DNA from: Longimicrobiales bacterium
Lineage (GTDB): Bacteria; Gemmatimonadota; Gemmatimonadetes; Longimicrobiales; Gaopeijiaceae
Assembly: GCA_041690395.1 (NCBI GenBank)
Contig: JAWLHJ010000001.1
Span: 32,001 to 96,000, forward strand
Reading direction: 5' to 3'
DNA: 64,000 nucleotides
The notes beneath the pieces are model-generated. The model was given only the letters and a program-made list of their open reading frames with translations, made no database searches and had not been told where the DNA came from. The position numbers and the translations under genes were made by a program. Positions within the stretch are counted from its first letter, which is position 1. Every line of letters begins with the position of its first letter. Below, piece after piece: positions 50,358-59,445 of this stretch.

Positions 50358-50648
50358 ATGGTTGACTTCGATCCTGATCGTCTGGCTCAGATCTGCCGGG
50401 ACCACGGCGTGTCTCGTCTGCGACTCTTCGGCTCCGCATCACGCGGTGAGGAGCGGGCGGATTCCGACGTGGACCTCATCGCATCGTTTTCCGTTCCGAC
50501 CGGATACTTCGGTGTGATCCGGCTCGAGGATGAGCTGAGCGCTTTCTTCGGACGACCTGTCGACCTGCTTACCGAGGGTGGCCTGAGTCCCTACATGCGT
50601 GACGACGTGCTGGCTTCCGCCCGCGACCTCTTTCATGACGCAGCCTGA
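50358..50648 (+). CDS. mntA: MNT nucleotidyltransferase antitoxin
   Basis: LFGS-X10-DVD motif, GRPVDL. Confidence 0.9.
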   Translation: MVDFDPDRLAQICRDHGVSRLRLFGSASRGEERADSDVDLIASFSVPTGYFGVIRLEDELSAFFGRPVDLLTEGGLSPYMRDDVLASARDLFHDAA

Positions 50649-50928
50649 CGCCGTCTATCTACGGCACATGCTCGATGCGATCGAACGCGTCATGGAAGCG
50701 ACCGAGCGTGTCACACGAGAGGACTTCAATGGCGAATGGATGATCCAGGACGCGATCGTTCACGAACTTCAGATCCTCGGGGAGGCCGCCGGCCGCGTCC
50801 CACTACGCCACAAGATCGTGCATGACTACTTCTCGGTGGATCTTGACGTGGTCTGGGACACCGCCGTTCTCGACGTGCCAGCCATTCGACCCGTCGTCGA
50901 GGCCCTTATGAGCAAGGTCGACGGATAG
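50635..50928 (+). CDS. hepT: HepT/DUF86 RNase toxin with apparent in-frame internal deletion
   Basis: YLRHMLDAIE, ILGEAA, RHKIVHDY (RX4HXY); the usual PEIPW segment is missing; 97 aa. Confidence 0.8.
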   Translation: MTQPDAVYLRHMLDAIERVMEATERVTREDFNGEWMIQDAIVHELQILGEAAGRVPLRHKIVHDYFSVDLDVVWDTAVLDVPAIRPVVEALMSKVDG

Positions 50929-50947
50929 CGCTTCGGACCCTCTCGCC

Positions 50948-51115
50948 CCCTCGGTGCTCGAGCCAGGTCACACCTTCGAGTCCCCCCGGAACCACACGGC
51001 CGCCGCACCCGGAATCCACCCGTTGCCCTTCAAGCACTTAGGCTCGGGCGCGTTTCCACACCCTCCACAGGTTTCCACACCTACGCAAAACGCCCCAGCC
51101 GCGTACGCGACTGGG
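50948..51115. repeat. ~168-bp direct repeat copy A (att-arm-like end)
   Basis: Near-identical to 63832-64000; contains TTTCCACACC twice 19 bp apart, IHF-like CTTCAAGCACTTA and an ACGCCCCAG...CTGGGGCGT hairpin. Confidence 0.9.
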
Positions 51116-51270
51116 GCGTAATAACTTACTGAATCTCGTCATGGTCGCTGCAGAACCTCTGAGCGCTTCCGGGTGATTGGGGGCGATGGTGGGTTATGCC
51201 CGCCGTTGGGCCACGTTCCCCGATGGTTGGATCGAAAGGACGCCCCTAACCAGGCGTTTTCGGTGAGGGG

Positions 51271-51300
51271 TTCCACACCTTGCCGGACGAGGGTGTGGAT
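51271..51300. repeat. 30-bp 11-8-11 palindrome, copy 3
   Basis: TTCCACACCTT-GCCGGACG-AGGGTGTGGAT; downstream TCGCGGA(C/G)GCGGAGC shared with copy 2. Confidence 0.8.
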
Positions 51301-51504
51301 GCGGTCCCTGTCCTTCGCGGAGGCGGAGCAGCAGGCGCCCCGGATCGCTCAGGCGCGGAACGGCTGGCGGTTGTCACTTGGTCCACCGGTTCGCTGGAGG
51401 AGGCCTTGGCAGGCGACATGCGTCTGACCCTCGCGCTTGCGATGAGCGGAATCAGCCACGGATCCCTCTGTGAGGCTCGGGAACCCTTTCGCTCGCTATT
51501 CGAT

Positions 51505-51520
51505 TGTACCAAACGGTACA
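51505..51520. promoter_or_regulatory. TetR (NemR-like) operator
   Basis: Palindrome TGTACC-AAAC-GGTACA upstream of the AhpD-like gene. Confidence 0.7.
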
Positions 51521-51555
51521 GTCAGTCACATTCGTGTTCATCAACAGGAGACACC

Positions 51556-52125
51556 ATGTCGGAATTCACGCTTCAGACCGCCGAGACAGCTGCCCCCCAG
51601 GGCAAGGAAGCCATCGAGATGGCCAACAAGGGGTTCGGCTTCGTGCCGAACCTCATCAAGGTGCTCGCCAATGCGCCTGCGGCCGCGAACGCCTACCTCG
51701 ACCTGGGCGCACGCCTGGAGTCGACATCGCTCACCCCGAAGGAGCAGCAGGTCGTATTGCTCGCCACGAGCTTCGAGAACCAGTGCGACTACTGCATGGG
51801 CGCCCATTCGACGGTGGCGGGTATGGTGGGGCTCGAGGCGGCCGATCTCGAGTCGCTCCGGGACGGTAGCGAGTTGCCGACGGCCCGCTTGAACGCACTT
51901 CGGGACTTCACCCGTGCTATCGTGGAGAAGCGCGGAAACGTCACCAAAGACGATCTCGCCCGGTTCCGTGAGGCGGGCTTCAACCAGGCTCAGGTGCTCG
52001 AGGTGATTCTGGGCGTGGCGATGAAGACGCTCTCGAATTACACGAACCACATTGCCGAGACGCCGCTCGACGAGGCCTTCGAGGCTCAGCGGTGGTCGCC
52101 GCCAGTGGCGTCCGCGCGCGGTTGA
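51556..52125 (+). CDS. Carboxymuconolactone decarboxylase/AhpD-like protein
   Basis: AGGAG RBS; GFVPNL, ENQCDYCMGAH, KTLSNYTNH. Confidence 0.9.
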   Translation: MSEFTLQTAETAAPQGKEAIEMANKGFGFVPNLIKVLANAPAAANAYLDLGARLESTSLTPKEQQVVLLATSFENQCDYCMGAHSTVAGMVGLEAADLESLRDGSELPTARLNALRDFTRAIVEKRGNVTKDDLARFREAGFNQAQVLEVILGVAMKTLSNYTNHIAETPLDEAFEAQRWSPPVASARG

Positions 52126-52131
52126 TCTGAA

Positions 52132-52174
52132 GGGGCGGGCCGGGTGGGTCGTTCCCCGCCCGGCCCGACGCCCC
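52132..52174 (+). terminator. GC-rich hairpin between ahpD-like and tetR genes
   Basis: GGGGCGGGCCGGGTGGG...CCCGCCCGGCCCGACGCCCC. Confidence 0.5.
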
Positions 52175-52186
52175 TAGAGTTCACAG

Positions 52187-52786
52187 ATGAACGCACTCAC
52201 CGCACGAGGGCAGGCCGCCCGGGCCCGGATCGTCGAGACCGCAGCGCGGTTGATGCACGTCAATGGTGTCGCCGGGACGAGCGTCGACGAGGTCCTCGCC
52301 GAAGCGAAAGCGGGGAAGAGCCAGTTCTATCACTACTTCGACACCAAGGCTGAGCTGGTCGAGGCCGTCCTCGAGTTCCAGGCCGGGGTCGGAGAGGCCG
52401 AGCAGGCCGCGATCTTCGCGCGGACTCCGGGGTGGGAAGGTATCCGGGCGTGGCTCGACGTGGTGGTCGAGGCGCAGAAAGGCGCCGGATACAGAGGCGG
52501 GTGCCCCGTAGGGTCGATGGCCGCAGAACTCGCCGAGCGCGATCCGCGCCTTCGGACCCGGCTCGGCGAGGCGTTCGAGCGCAAGCGCAGCGCGCTCGCG
52601 GGCCGATTATGGGAGTTACGCAGGAAGGACCTCCTGTCCGAAGACGCCGATCCGGATGCCCTCGCCGGGTTCGTGTTGGCGACTCTCCAGGGAGCTCTGC
52701 TTCTCGCGAGCACCCTCAAGCGACAGGAGGCCCTGACCGGGTCGGTGGACGAGGCATGGAGGCACCTGCTGTCGTTCAGGAAGTGA
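52187..52786 (+). CDS. TetR-family regulator (NemR/LmrA-like)
   Basis: HTH GKSQFYHYFDTK; GGCPVG motif. Confidence 0.9.
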   Translation: MNALTARGQAARARIVETAARLMHVNGVAGTSVDEVLAEAKAGKSQFYHYFDTKAELVEAVLEFQAGVGEAEQAAIFARTPGWEGIRAWLDVVVEAQKGAGYRGGCPVGSMAAELAERDPRLRTRLGEAFERKRSALAGRLWELRRKDLLSEDADPDALAGFVLATLQGALLLASTLKRQEALTGSVDEAWRHLLSFRK

Positions 52787-53014
52787 CACCCCCCTAGTTT
52801 ATCTGCTCGTGATGGTCGGGTGGGACTCGGCAGCAATTCAGATGCAGATTCTCTCCGGGATCACGGCGGTTTGGGCGGGACGGCACGACACATATCAGAT
52901 AGACCTCCACCGGAGCTCAGTTGGTGAATTCGTGGCGGCAAGCCAGGCCAGGGGGATCCAAACCTTGAGGACGATTGCCGAGCCCACTGAAGGGCGACGC
53001 CTCGAGGAAGATGC

Positions 53015-53150
53015 TCAGTACGGCAGCGCAAACCGGGTCCACAGGGAGTGACCCCCGGCGATGTGGGGACGGATCACGTCGGGCACTTCGGCTTTTTTCG
53101 GGACGGCCGAGTGCCGGGTCTATGGGACGAAGTCGCTTCCTGCTGGAGCG
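53015..53150 (+). pseudogene. C-terminal remnant of an alpha/beta hydrolase, frameshifted
   Basis: YGSANRVHR / VTPGDVGTDHVGHFGFFRDG..LW split across frames at ~53047. Confidence 0.55.
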
Positions 53151-54487
53151 CTGAGGTGCGCACCCCCCTCCAGTCGGATTGGCGGCTGAAGGCCCCTGCG
53201 CTCGGGCGTCTCAAGGCGAGGGGCGCCGCCTTGGTCATCCTTCCTCTGCTCCTCTCCCAGGCCGGGTGCCACATGGGTCCATTTACCTCCCACGTCGAGG
53301 GCGTGGTTCTGGACCACTTAAGCGGGGAACCGATCGCCGGAGCGACTGTGGTTCTGGAGCGGAGCGGCTGGGGTCGCTCGGAATCGGAGGGGTATATCAT
53401 TTGGGACAAGCAATACCGGACGAGTGTCGTAACCGACAAACGCGGTTCGTTTTCGCTCCAAACTCCGGGACCTCCGCTGCTCGTGGGCCGCGGACCTAGC
53501 GTTCTGTTGATGGAGGCCGATGGCTTCCATGGACTCCGAACACGCGTGGAGGGGGGTGCCCACGTCTCCCTTCATACCATTCCCGATCACGAGGAGCGAA
53601 GTCCGGGTGGCACGGCACGGATGGGTCAATTGGCGGATGGCAGCATGTTCGGTTGGAGCTTCGTGGAGAACCGGGCCGTGACGGAGCCCGAACGAGCAGA
53701 TCTTTTTGCTCGGGGTTTCGCGGCGCCGGACCGCGGTGTCATCCTGACTGTCCCTCCGGGAGGAGGACTCCTCTTCATCCCAATCTCGGAACAGGAGATC
53801 GGCATTTGGGCCGAGGGCCATCTCCTCAGATTTATCGATGCGCCCCCGCAGGAGCCTGAGGCCGATCGATTAACGCTGGGCCCCGACCCCGGAACGATCT
53901 TCGTGCGCACGAGGGATCGTCGATATGCTAAGCTGGCCTGGGAGCCCTCTACCTCGGTCTCGTTTGGCGGCGAGGTGCCGGGCTTGGAAGCGATGGCGGT
54001 CGATCAGGTGTACTTGCCCTTCATATACCGTCCATTCCCCGGCCACTACCTGCCGTTCCAGCCCCCGCCGCCGCCGGTGGATCCGCTCTTTGCCGCAGCC
54101 GCGGCCGAGCTCGACGGCTCTTACGAAGAGGGCGCGGCTTCGCACCGGACCGGCCAAGGGCCCCGACGGTTGATCCTCGAGTTGAGGACATCCGACGGGA
54201 GCGTGCTGGACCACCAGGTGGTGACCCTGGAGCCGGACCGGCCCGAGCAGATCCAGGTCAGTCCGCAGGGGATCGACGCCACCTGGCGCTACCAGAACCT
54301 GCTTCTCCGGTTCGACGAGCACGGGCTTCCCCGCGTGAGCCTCCGCGTCGATGGGCCGACGTTCAACAGCAGCTTCATGCCGCAGTGGGTGACCAGGCGC
54401 CTCGAGACCGAGTTTCAGTTCGACGCCTACGTTGGGACAGGGTCGATGCCGATGGAGATGACGCTGGCGGTTTGGGAGGGAAGCTGA
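53048..54487 (+). CDS. Putative lipoprotein with carboxypeptidase-regulatory-like domain; true start probably ~53180-53231
   Basis: LLLSQAGC; VEGVVLDHLSGEPIAGATVVL...TDKRGSF; 5' part of the ORF is the hydrolase remnant. Confidence 0.6.
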   Translation: MTPGDVGTDHVGHFGFFRDGRVPGLWDEVASCWSAEVRTPLQSDWRLKAPALGRLKARGAALVILPLLLSQAGCHMGPFTSHVEGVVLDHLSGEPIAGATVVLERSGWGRSESEGYIIWDKQYRTSVVTDKRGSFSLQTPGPPLLVGRGPSVLLMEADGFHGLRTRVEGGAHVSLHTIPDHEERSPGGTARMGQLADGSMFGWSFVENRAVTEPERADLFARGFAAPDRGVILTVPPGGGLLFIPISEQEIGIWAEGHLLRFIDAPPQEPEADRLTLGPDPGTIFVRTRDRRYAKLAWEPSTSVSFGGEVPGLEAMAVDQVYLPFIYRPFPGHYLPFQPPPPPVDPLFAAAAAELDGSYEEGAASHRTGQGPRRLILELRTSDGSVLDHQVVTLEPDRPEQIQVSPQGIDATWRYQNLLLRFDEHGLPRVSLRVDGPTFNSSFMPQWVTRRLETEFQFDAYVGTGSMPMEMTLAVWEGS

Positions 54488-54944
54488 GGCGCATGCAAGC
54501 TCGGCGTCCTACTTCATCAGGCGCTCTCAAGGCCGGCAGTTGCAGCCGAGAAGACCCTCCCCACAACACTCGACCTCCACATCTATACGAACTCCTCCAC
54601 GCCTCGCGCTGCCTGTCGTGCTTTGGATCAACACCGCCGGATGCGCCAGCGTCGGCGCGCAGCAGTCACTCACGGCACGCCACGAGGCGCCCTGCGGCGC
54701 AGGTGTCACAGGGCGATTTCCGTGGTGAAAGGGGCAAAAGGAGGGCGGGCTTCCGGGGAGGGGCTGACCATGGGAGAGCTCTCTGGTTCAGGATAGATTC
54801 GGCCATCGTCATGGGAGTCTGCATCGCGAAGAGCCATCTCCCGCATGAAGCGGCAGCATGCCGTCTGTTCGCTCTGCGAAAGCACGACCTGTTACGTCAG
54901 AGCGTTGCCGAGGGCGCTCGACGCGCCCAGGGGACGAGTCAGCT

Positions 54945-55529
54945 ATGAGTTCAAGTCGAGATCGCCTTGTGGAGGCCGCCGCCGCCCTCTTCTTCCGGCG
55001 GGGCTACCGGGAAACCCGCGTCCAGGACATCCTGGATGAAGCCGGGGTGGTCAGGAGCAACTTCTACTACCACTTCTCCGGCAAGCGGGAGCTGGCCCTC
55101 GAGGTGGTGAGCCATTGGACCCGGCGCTATGACGAGGAGCTGATTCTCCCGGCCTTGGAGGAACGGTCCGGAGACGTCTGGCCGGCTCTCCTCCGCCTCT
55201 TCCGGCGAGCAGCTGCGTTCCAGGACCGAGACGCGGGTCTGCTGGGGTGTCCACTGGGTCAACTCGCCTCGGATCTGGCCCAGACCGACGAGGCGGTTCG
55301 CACCCTCTTGAACGACTATTTCGACGGGGTCGAGGCCGGCATCCGGAAGCGTCTGGAGTTGGAACCGGGGCCCGAGCGCGGCGCGGATTTTCCTGCTCAG
55401 GCCGCTGCCCTGGTCGTGGCTACCCTCGAGGGGGGGCTCCTGCTGAGCCGCCTCCGTGGCGATCCCGAGCACGTAGCCCGAGCGGGGACAGCCCTGGTGG
55501 CACTCCTGTCGGGGCAGCTGACCCAATAG
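54945..55529 (+). CDS. TetR-family regulator (NemR/LmrA-like)
   Basis: HTH GVVRSNFYYHFSGK; LGCPLG motif. Confidence 0.9.
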   Translation: MSSSRDRLVEAAAALFFRRGYRETRVQDILDEAGVVRSNFYYHFSGKRELALEVVSHWTRRYDEELILPALEERSGDVWPALLRLFRRAAAFQDRDAGLLGCPLGQLASDLAQTDEAVRTLLNDYFDGVEAGIRKRLELEPGPERGADFPAQAAALVVATLEGGLLLSRLRGDPEHVARAGTALVALLSGQLTQ

Positions 55530-55641
55530 AACAGCAGGGGTTTCGGCTCCTGCTTCCGGGTGCCGTCTACCGGTGCAACCGATGCTGAGCCTCCGCACCC
55601 CCTCGGGAACCGACATCGGCACCGATGCGTTCATTCTCATG

Positions 55642-55659
55642 TAGGACACGCGAGTCCTA
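55642..55659. promoter_or_regulatory. Candidate TetR operator
   Basis: Palindrome TAGGAC-N6-GTCCTA upstream of the cysteine hydrolase. Confidence 0.6.
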
Positions 55660-55691
55660 ATCTCGCCTCATCCTGAACCAGGACTGTAAAC

Positions 55692-56426
55692 ATGAGAATC
55701 GCACACTTTGTCGCGGCTGCCCTCTTCCTGAGCTCGGCTCCGCTGCATGCTCAGCTTCCGGAAACGTCGGTCAGCTTCGATCCCGCTACCACCGCAGTGG
55801 TCATCACCGACCCCCAGAACGACTTCCTCCATGAGGGCGGGGTGGCATGGGGCGCCGTGGGCGAGAACGTGATCGCCAACGATACCCGGAACAACCTGGA
55901 GGCCCTGATGCGGGCGGCCAGGCAGAGCGAGTACCAGCTCGTCATCTCTCCTCATTACTACTATCCCACCGATCACCACTGGCACTTCGGTGGGCCACTG
56001 GAAGTCCTCATGCACAACATTGGGATGTTCGACCGGGAAGGCGCTCTCGACACACAGGGCCTCGAGGGCTCTGGAGCGGACTGGCTCGAACGCTACAAGC
56101 CGTATATCGAGGACGGCCACGCCATCGTTACCAGCCCCCATAAGGTCTACGGGCCGGAGACCAACGACCTGGTCCTCCAGCTGCGGAAGCGGGGGATCAC
56201 GAAGGTGATCTTGGCGGGGATGTCGGCGAACCTTTGTATCGAGTCTCACCTCCGGGAACTCCTCGAGCAGGGCTTCGAGGTCGCCGTGGTTTCTGACGGC
56301 ACCGCCGCCGCGCAGTTTCCAGGACTGGATGGATACGCTGCGGCCCTGACGAACTTCCGGTTCATCGCCAACGAGGTGGTCAGCACCGAGGACGCCGTGC
56401 GGCGCATGGCCCAGGCCTCTCGCTAA
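55692..56426 (+). CDS. Isochorismatase-family cysteine hydrolase with signal peptide
   Basis: TDPQND, HKVYG, GMSANLCIES (D-K-C triad); signal ending LHAQ. Confidence 0.9.
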   Translation: MRIAHFVAAALFLSSAPLHAQLPETSVSFDPATTAVVITDPQNDFLHEGGVAWGAVGENVIANDTRNNLEALMRAARQSEYQLVISPHYYYPTDHHWHFGGPLEVLMHNIGMFDREGALDTQGLEGSGADWLERYKPYIEDGHAIVTSPHKVYGPETNDLVLQLRKRGITKVILAGMSANLCIESHLRELLEQGFEVAVVSDGTAAAQFPGLDGYAAALTNFRFIANEVVSTEDAVRRMAQASR

Positions 56427-56499
56427 CCGGCCGTCAAAGGCGCCCGGGTGGGGAGCACGATTCCATGCTCCCCACCCGGAACTACCGGTTGTCCGCTAC

Positions 56500-56703
56500 C
56501 GCCCCCCAGCCGGCGGATCGCCCAGATCCCCTCTGCGGGCCCGAGCGCCAGGAACGGGAAAGCCACCCCCACCCGACGAGCTCCACCAAGGCGGGTACCG
56601 CCTGGATGGTGACCATGGTGAGCAGGAAGCCCATCGACGTCTGAAGGGTGAGCGCCGTGCCCACGGCGTGGCTCGGCCCGACCTCCGTGACCATCGCGCT
56701 GCT
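56500..56703 (-). pseudogene. C-terminal MFS transporter fragment, frameshifted
   Basis: SAMVTE...VGTALTLQTSMGFLLT...GWGW / AFPFLALGP in two frames. Confidence 0.65.
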
Positions 56704-56881
56704 CTACGAAGAGCCCGGCGCCCACGAGAAGCAGGACCGAGAGCGTCGTCTGGCTGACCGCGAGGGCACCCCGGAGTCTGGAGCGCGCCCCGGAGTTGCC
56801 CTGGCTTGCCGTGCGCATCGCCTCGACCGCGTCGGTGTGGCTGGCCTGGAGAGCGGGTAGGATTCCGGCGAGACCGAGCAT
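56704..56881 (-). pseudogene. Internal fragment of an ADOP-type ABC permease
   Basis: GILPALQAS...RLRGALAVSQTTLSVLLLVGAGLFV. Confidence 0.7.
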
Positions 56882-56984
56882 CTTGAGGCGGATCTCGATC
56901 TGGAAGGTGAAGTCGAAGTCTTCGATGGTCCGGGAATGAGGAAAGAACCCTTAGTCAAGCCAAATTCACGGCGGCCCGCCAGCC

Positions 56985-57140
56985 GCTCGAGGTCCCGCAC
57001 GTTCGCCTCCAGGTCGGAGCGAAAGGCCTCAAGATGGGCCGCCTCGCGGTCGGACGCGGACCGCACTTCCCACCACGCGTTGAGTGCGAACGCTGTGAGA
57101 ATTCCGACCACCACCACGCCCACGTCCAGGGCGATCTGTC
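56985..57140 (-). pseudogene. N-terminal fragment of a DUF6090-like membrane-anchored protein
   Basis: DVGVVVVGILTAFALNAWWE...HLEAFRSDLEAN. Confidence 0.5.
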
Positions 57141-57255
57141 GAGCGCATCGACGACCCCAAGACCGTACACCTCCCGGAAGTCGCAATCCAGGAGTCCCGC
57201 ATCGGCTCGGGCGCCGCCCACCGTCACGGTGGGTCCTTCCTCTTGGTCGGCCGGG

Positions 57256-57975
57256 TCAAGACTGGGTGGGGGTGGGGAGCTGCCGGTCTGCGGTGTTGAC
57301 GCCACGGGTCAGCAGGTAGCCGATCATCCAGAACTGGGCTACCCCGGCCGGAAGCGCGATCACGAACACGATCTGGGGGACCCTGGTGAACAGCGGCACG
57401 GTGAACGCAATGGTGAGGTAGGCGAAGCAGCCAACCATCAGCAGCACGGCGAGTGGACGGGGGAACCAGCCGGACTTCAGTGCCAGGTAGCCCAGCGGCA
57501 ACAGCCACAGTCCGAAGAAGATCTCGCCGATGACGTAGCCGACCTCGTGCAACTCGAGGAAAAGCAGCATCAAGCCTTCGGAACCCTGCACCCCGAGTGC
57601 GGCGGCCAGCGTTGGATCCGCAGCGATGACGACGGCGGCGAGATGGTTGACCATGTTGGCGGTCGCGATCGCGATCGCGATCGCGAGGAAGGTCACCATC
57701 GCGGCGGCGACCTGCCGGTCGACGTGGCGCAGCAGGCGGTAGAGCACCATCCCGAGCAGGATGAACGCGACGATGCCAGCCAGCTCGGACACGAATGCGA
57801 CTCGCAGCAGCGTCTGGTTCGCGGTGACAGCTTCGGCCGTTGCCGCCGGATCGCCGGAGATGCGCACCATCGGACGGGCCACGAGTTGGGGAAGGCCGCG
57901 GAGCACGACGACCGCGAGGTAGAGCACCCCGGCTATGCGCGCCAGCCGCTTCGGTGAGATAGAGGTTGTTGACAT
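57256..57975 (-). CDS. DUF4386-family membrane protein
   Basis: ARIAGVLYL, DPAATA, IFFGLWLLPLGYL and GYLLTRGV motifs; GGAG RBS. Confidence 0.85.
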   Translation of the reverse strand: MSTTSISPKRLARIAGVLYLAVVVLRGLPQLVARPMVRISGDPAATAEAVTANQTLLRVAFVSELAGIVAFILLGMVLYRLLRHVDRQVAAAMVTFLAIAIAIATANMVNHLAAVVIAADPTLAAALGVQGSEGLMLLFLELHEVGYVIGEIFFGLWLLPLGYLALKSGWFPRPLAVLLMVGCFAYLTIAFTVPLFTRVPQIVFVIALPAGVAQFWMIGYLLTRGVNTADRQLPTPTQS

Positions 57976-58210
57976 CGGGTTCTCCTAGTTCACAGGCATG
58001 AGCGGGGCAGGCCGCGTGACGGATTGCCTCGCGGGCCAGTGGTGACCGTGGCGGTCAGCCTCCGCCGTTCGGGTACTGGAAGGCCTCGCGCGGTGGCGGC
58101 GGTCAGTTGACCGTCCGCAGGATATGCTCGATCGAGGTGGTGCGGGGGCAGGGCACGATCCGCACGACGTGCGTGACGGAAGAACGACGAATCGACAACG
58201 GGAGAGAGCA

Positions 58211-58591
58211 GTGAATCTGAATCAAGTGACACTACCGGTTGATGACGTGGAGCGGGCCGCGGCATTCTACCGCCGACTCGGCTTCGTGCAGATCGTGGAG
58301 ACCGGGCACTACGCCCGATTCGAGTGTCCCGAGGGGGCGTCGACGTTTTCGCTCGCCCGGACCGAAGGAGATTTTCGCAACGGAGCGGTGATCTATTTCG
58401 AACATGCTCAGCTCGACGCGTGGGTCGCGGAGTTGAAGAAGCGAGGTGTGGAGTTCGATGAGGAACCCAGGGACAAGCCGTACCTGTGGAGGGAGGCTAC
58501 GCTGAGGGACCCGTCCGGCAACCGGATCAAGCTGTACCACGCCGGCGACAATCGACGGTTCCCGCCATGGCGAGTGGAGCGCCGCGCCTGA
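58211..58591 (+). CDS. VOC/glyoxalase-family protein
   Basis: LNQVTLPV..AAAFY, WREATLRDPSGN. Confidence 0.9.
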   Translation: MNLNQVTLPVDDVERAAAFYRRLGFVQIVETGHYARFECPEGASTFSLARTEGDFRNGAVIYFEHAQLDAWVAELKKRGVEFDEEPRDKPYLWREATLRDPSGNRIKLYHAGDNRRFPPWRVERRA

Positions 58592-58638
58592 CCACGGGCT
58601 CGCCACGTCCCACCCGCGTGTGTGGCCCATCCGGCGTT

Positions 58639-59445
58639 TCACGATCGGGAACGTGGCGGCAACGGCGACGCGAACAACTGGAGAAGAACCCGCTCGCTGT
58701 CCGGATCCTCGGGGAGCAGCGTCTCGATCCGAAGATCGTCGGTCAGCGGATCGAGGGGATTGTCGAAGGTCATGAGCACGGTGAGCAGACCCGCGTCACC
58801 GCACGGCGTGCGGAGCCGCATCGGTACGGAGCGATCGGCGGGGGTGGAGGCGATGCCCTCCGATCCGTATCCACGGACCTCGGTTAGGAGCTTGTTGAGC
58901 TTCCGATCCCCCGGCCGGCGCGCCACCTCGCGTTCGAGCGAGGCGAACAGACGGGCCGCGACGGCGTCCAGGTCGAGTATCGTGGGACGGAAGCCCTCGG
59001 GGTGAAGCGTCAGGCGCATGAGGTTGGGGGGTCCGGGGATCGCGTCGTCGCCAAAGTATCGGTCGATCGTCCTCTGCGCCGTCCGGTTCGCGAGGAGGAT
59101 GTCCCATCGATGGTCCAGCGCGACGGCGAACCACGGCTCGTGACCCTCAAGCAAGCGGCCGAGCAGGGATCGGAGGTGCCCGCTCTCCCTCGCGTCCAAG
59201 TCGACCTCGGGGTACTCCCGCGCATGCCCTGCCGCCTCGAGGAGCGCGTTGCGCTCCCGCAGCGGGATCTCGAGCACGCCCGCGATCGCGAGGACCGCGT
59301 CCCGCGACGGCCGGCTACGTCCCGTCTCGATGAAGCTCACGTGGCGGGGCGAGAGCCGAGCCTCGAAGGAAAGCTCCATCTGGCTCAAACGCCGCCGCTT
59401 CCGCCACTTGCGGATCATGGGCCCGACGGGGGATCGCTCGCTCAC
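58639..59445 (-). CDS. XRE-family regulator with MmyB-like ligand-binding domain
   Basis: LSQMELS...HVSFIETGRSRPSR, PLRERNALL, WDILLAN, LRIETLLPED. Confidence 0.9.
   Translation of the reverse strand: MSERSPVGPMIRKWRKRRRLSQMELSFEARLSPRHVSFIETGRSRPSRDAVLAIAGVLEIPLRERNALLEAAGHAREYPEVDLDARESGHLRSLLGRLLEGHEPWFAVALDHRWDILLANRTAQRTIDRYFGDDAIPGPPNLMRLTLHPEGFRPTILDLDAVAARLFASLEREVARRPGDRKLNKLLTEVRGYGSEGIASTPADRSVPMRLRTPCGDAGLLTVLMTFDNPLDPLTDDLRIETLLPEDPDSERVLLQLFASPLPPRSRS

Noticed and set aside
51052..51081. GTTTCCACA as DnaA boxes or oriC
   Set aside because: Each has a mismatch, is always extended by CC, and there is no AT-rich unwinding element or oriC gene context.
51141..51157. tRNA 3'-end remnant (minus strand GGTTCTGCAGCGACCA)
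   Set aside because: Too short with no complete T-arm or cloverleaf; kept only as a possible att core.
45127..51300. 30-bp palindromes as CRISPR repeats
   Set aside because: They are 2.5-3.6 kb apart with genes between; no spacers or cas genes.
54488..54944. Short Cys-rich ORFs or ncRNA in this gap
   Set aside because: No RBS, motif or convincing structure; probably decayed sequence.
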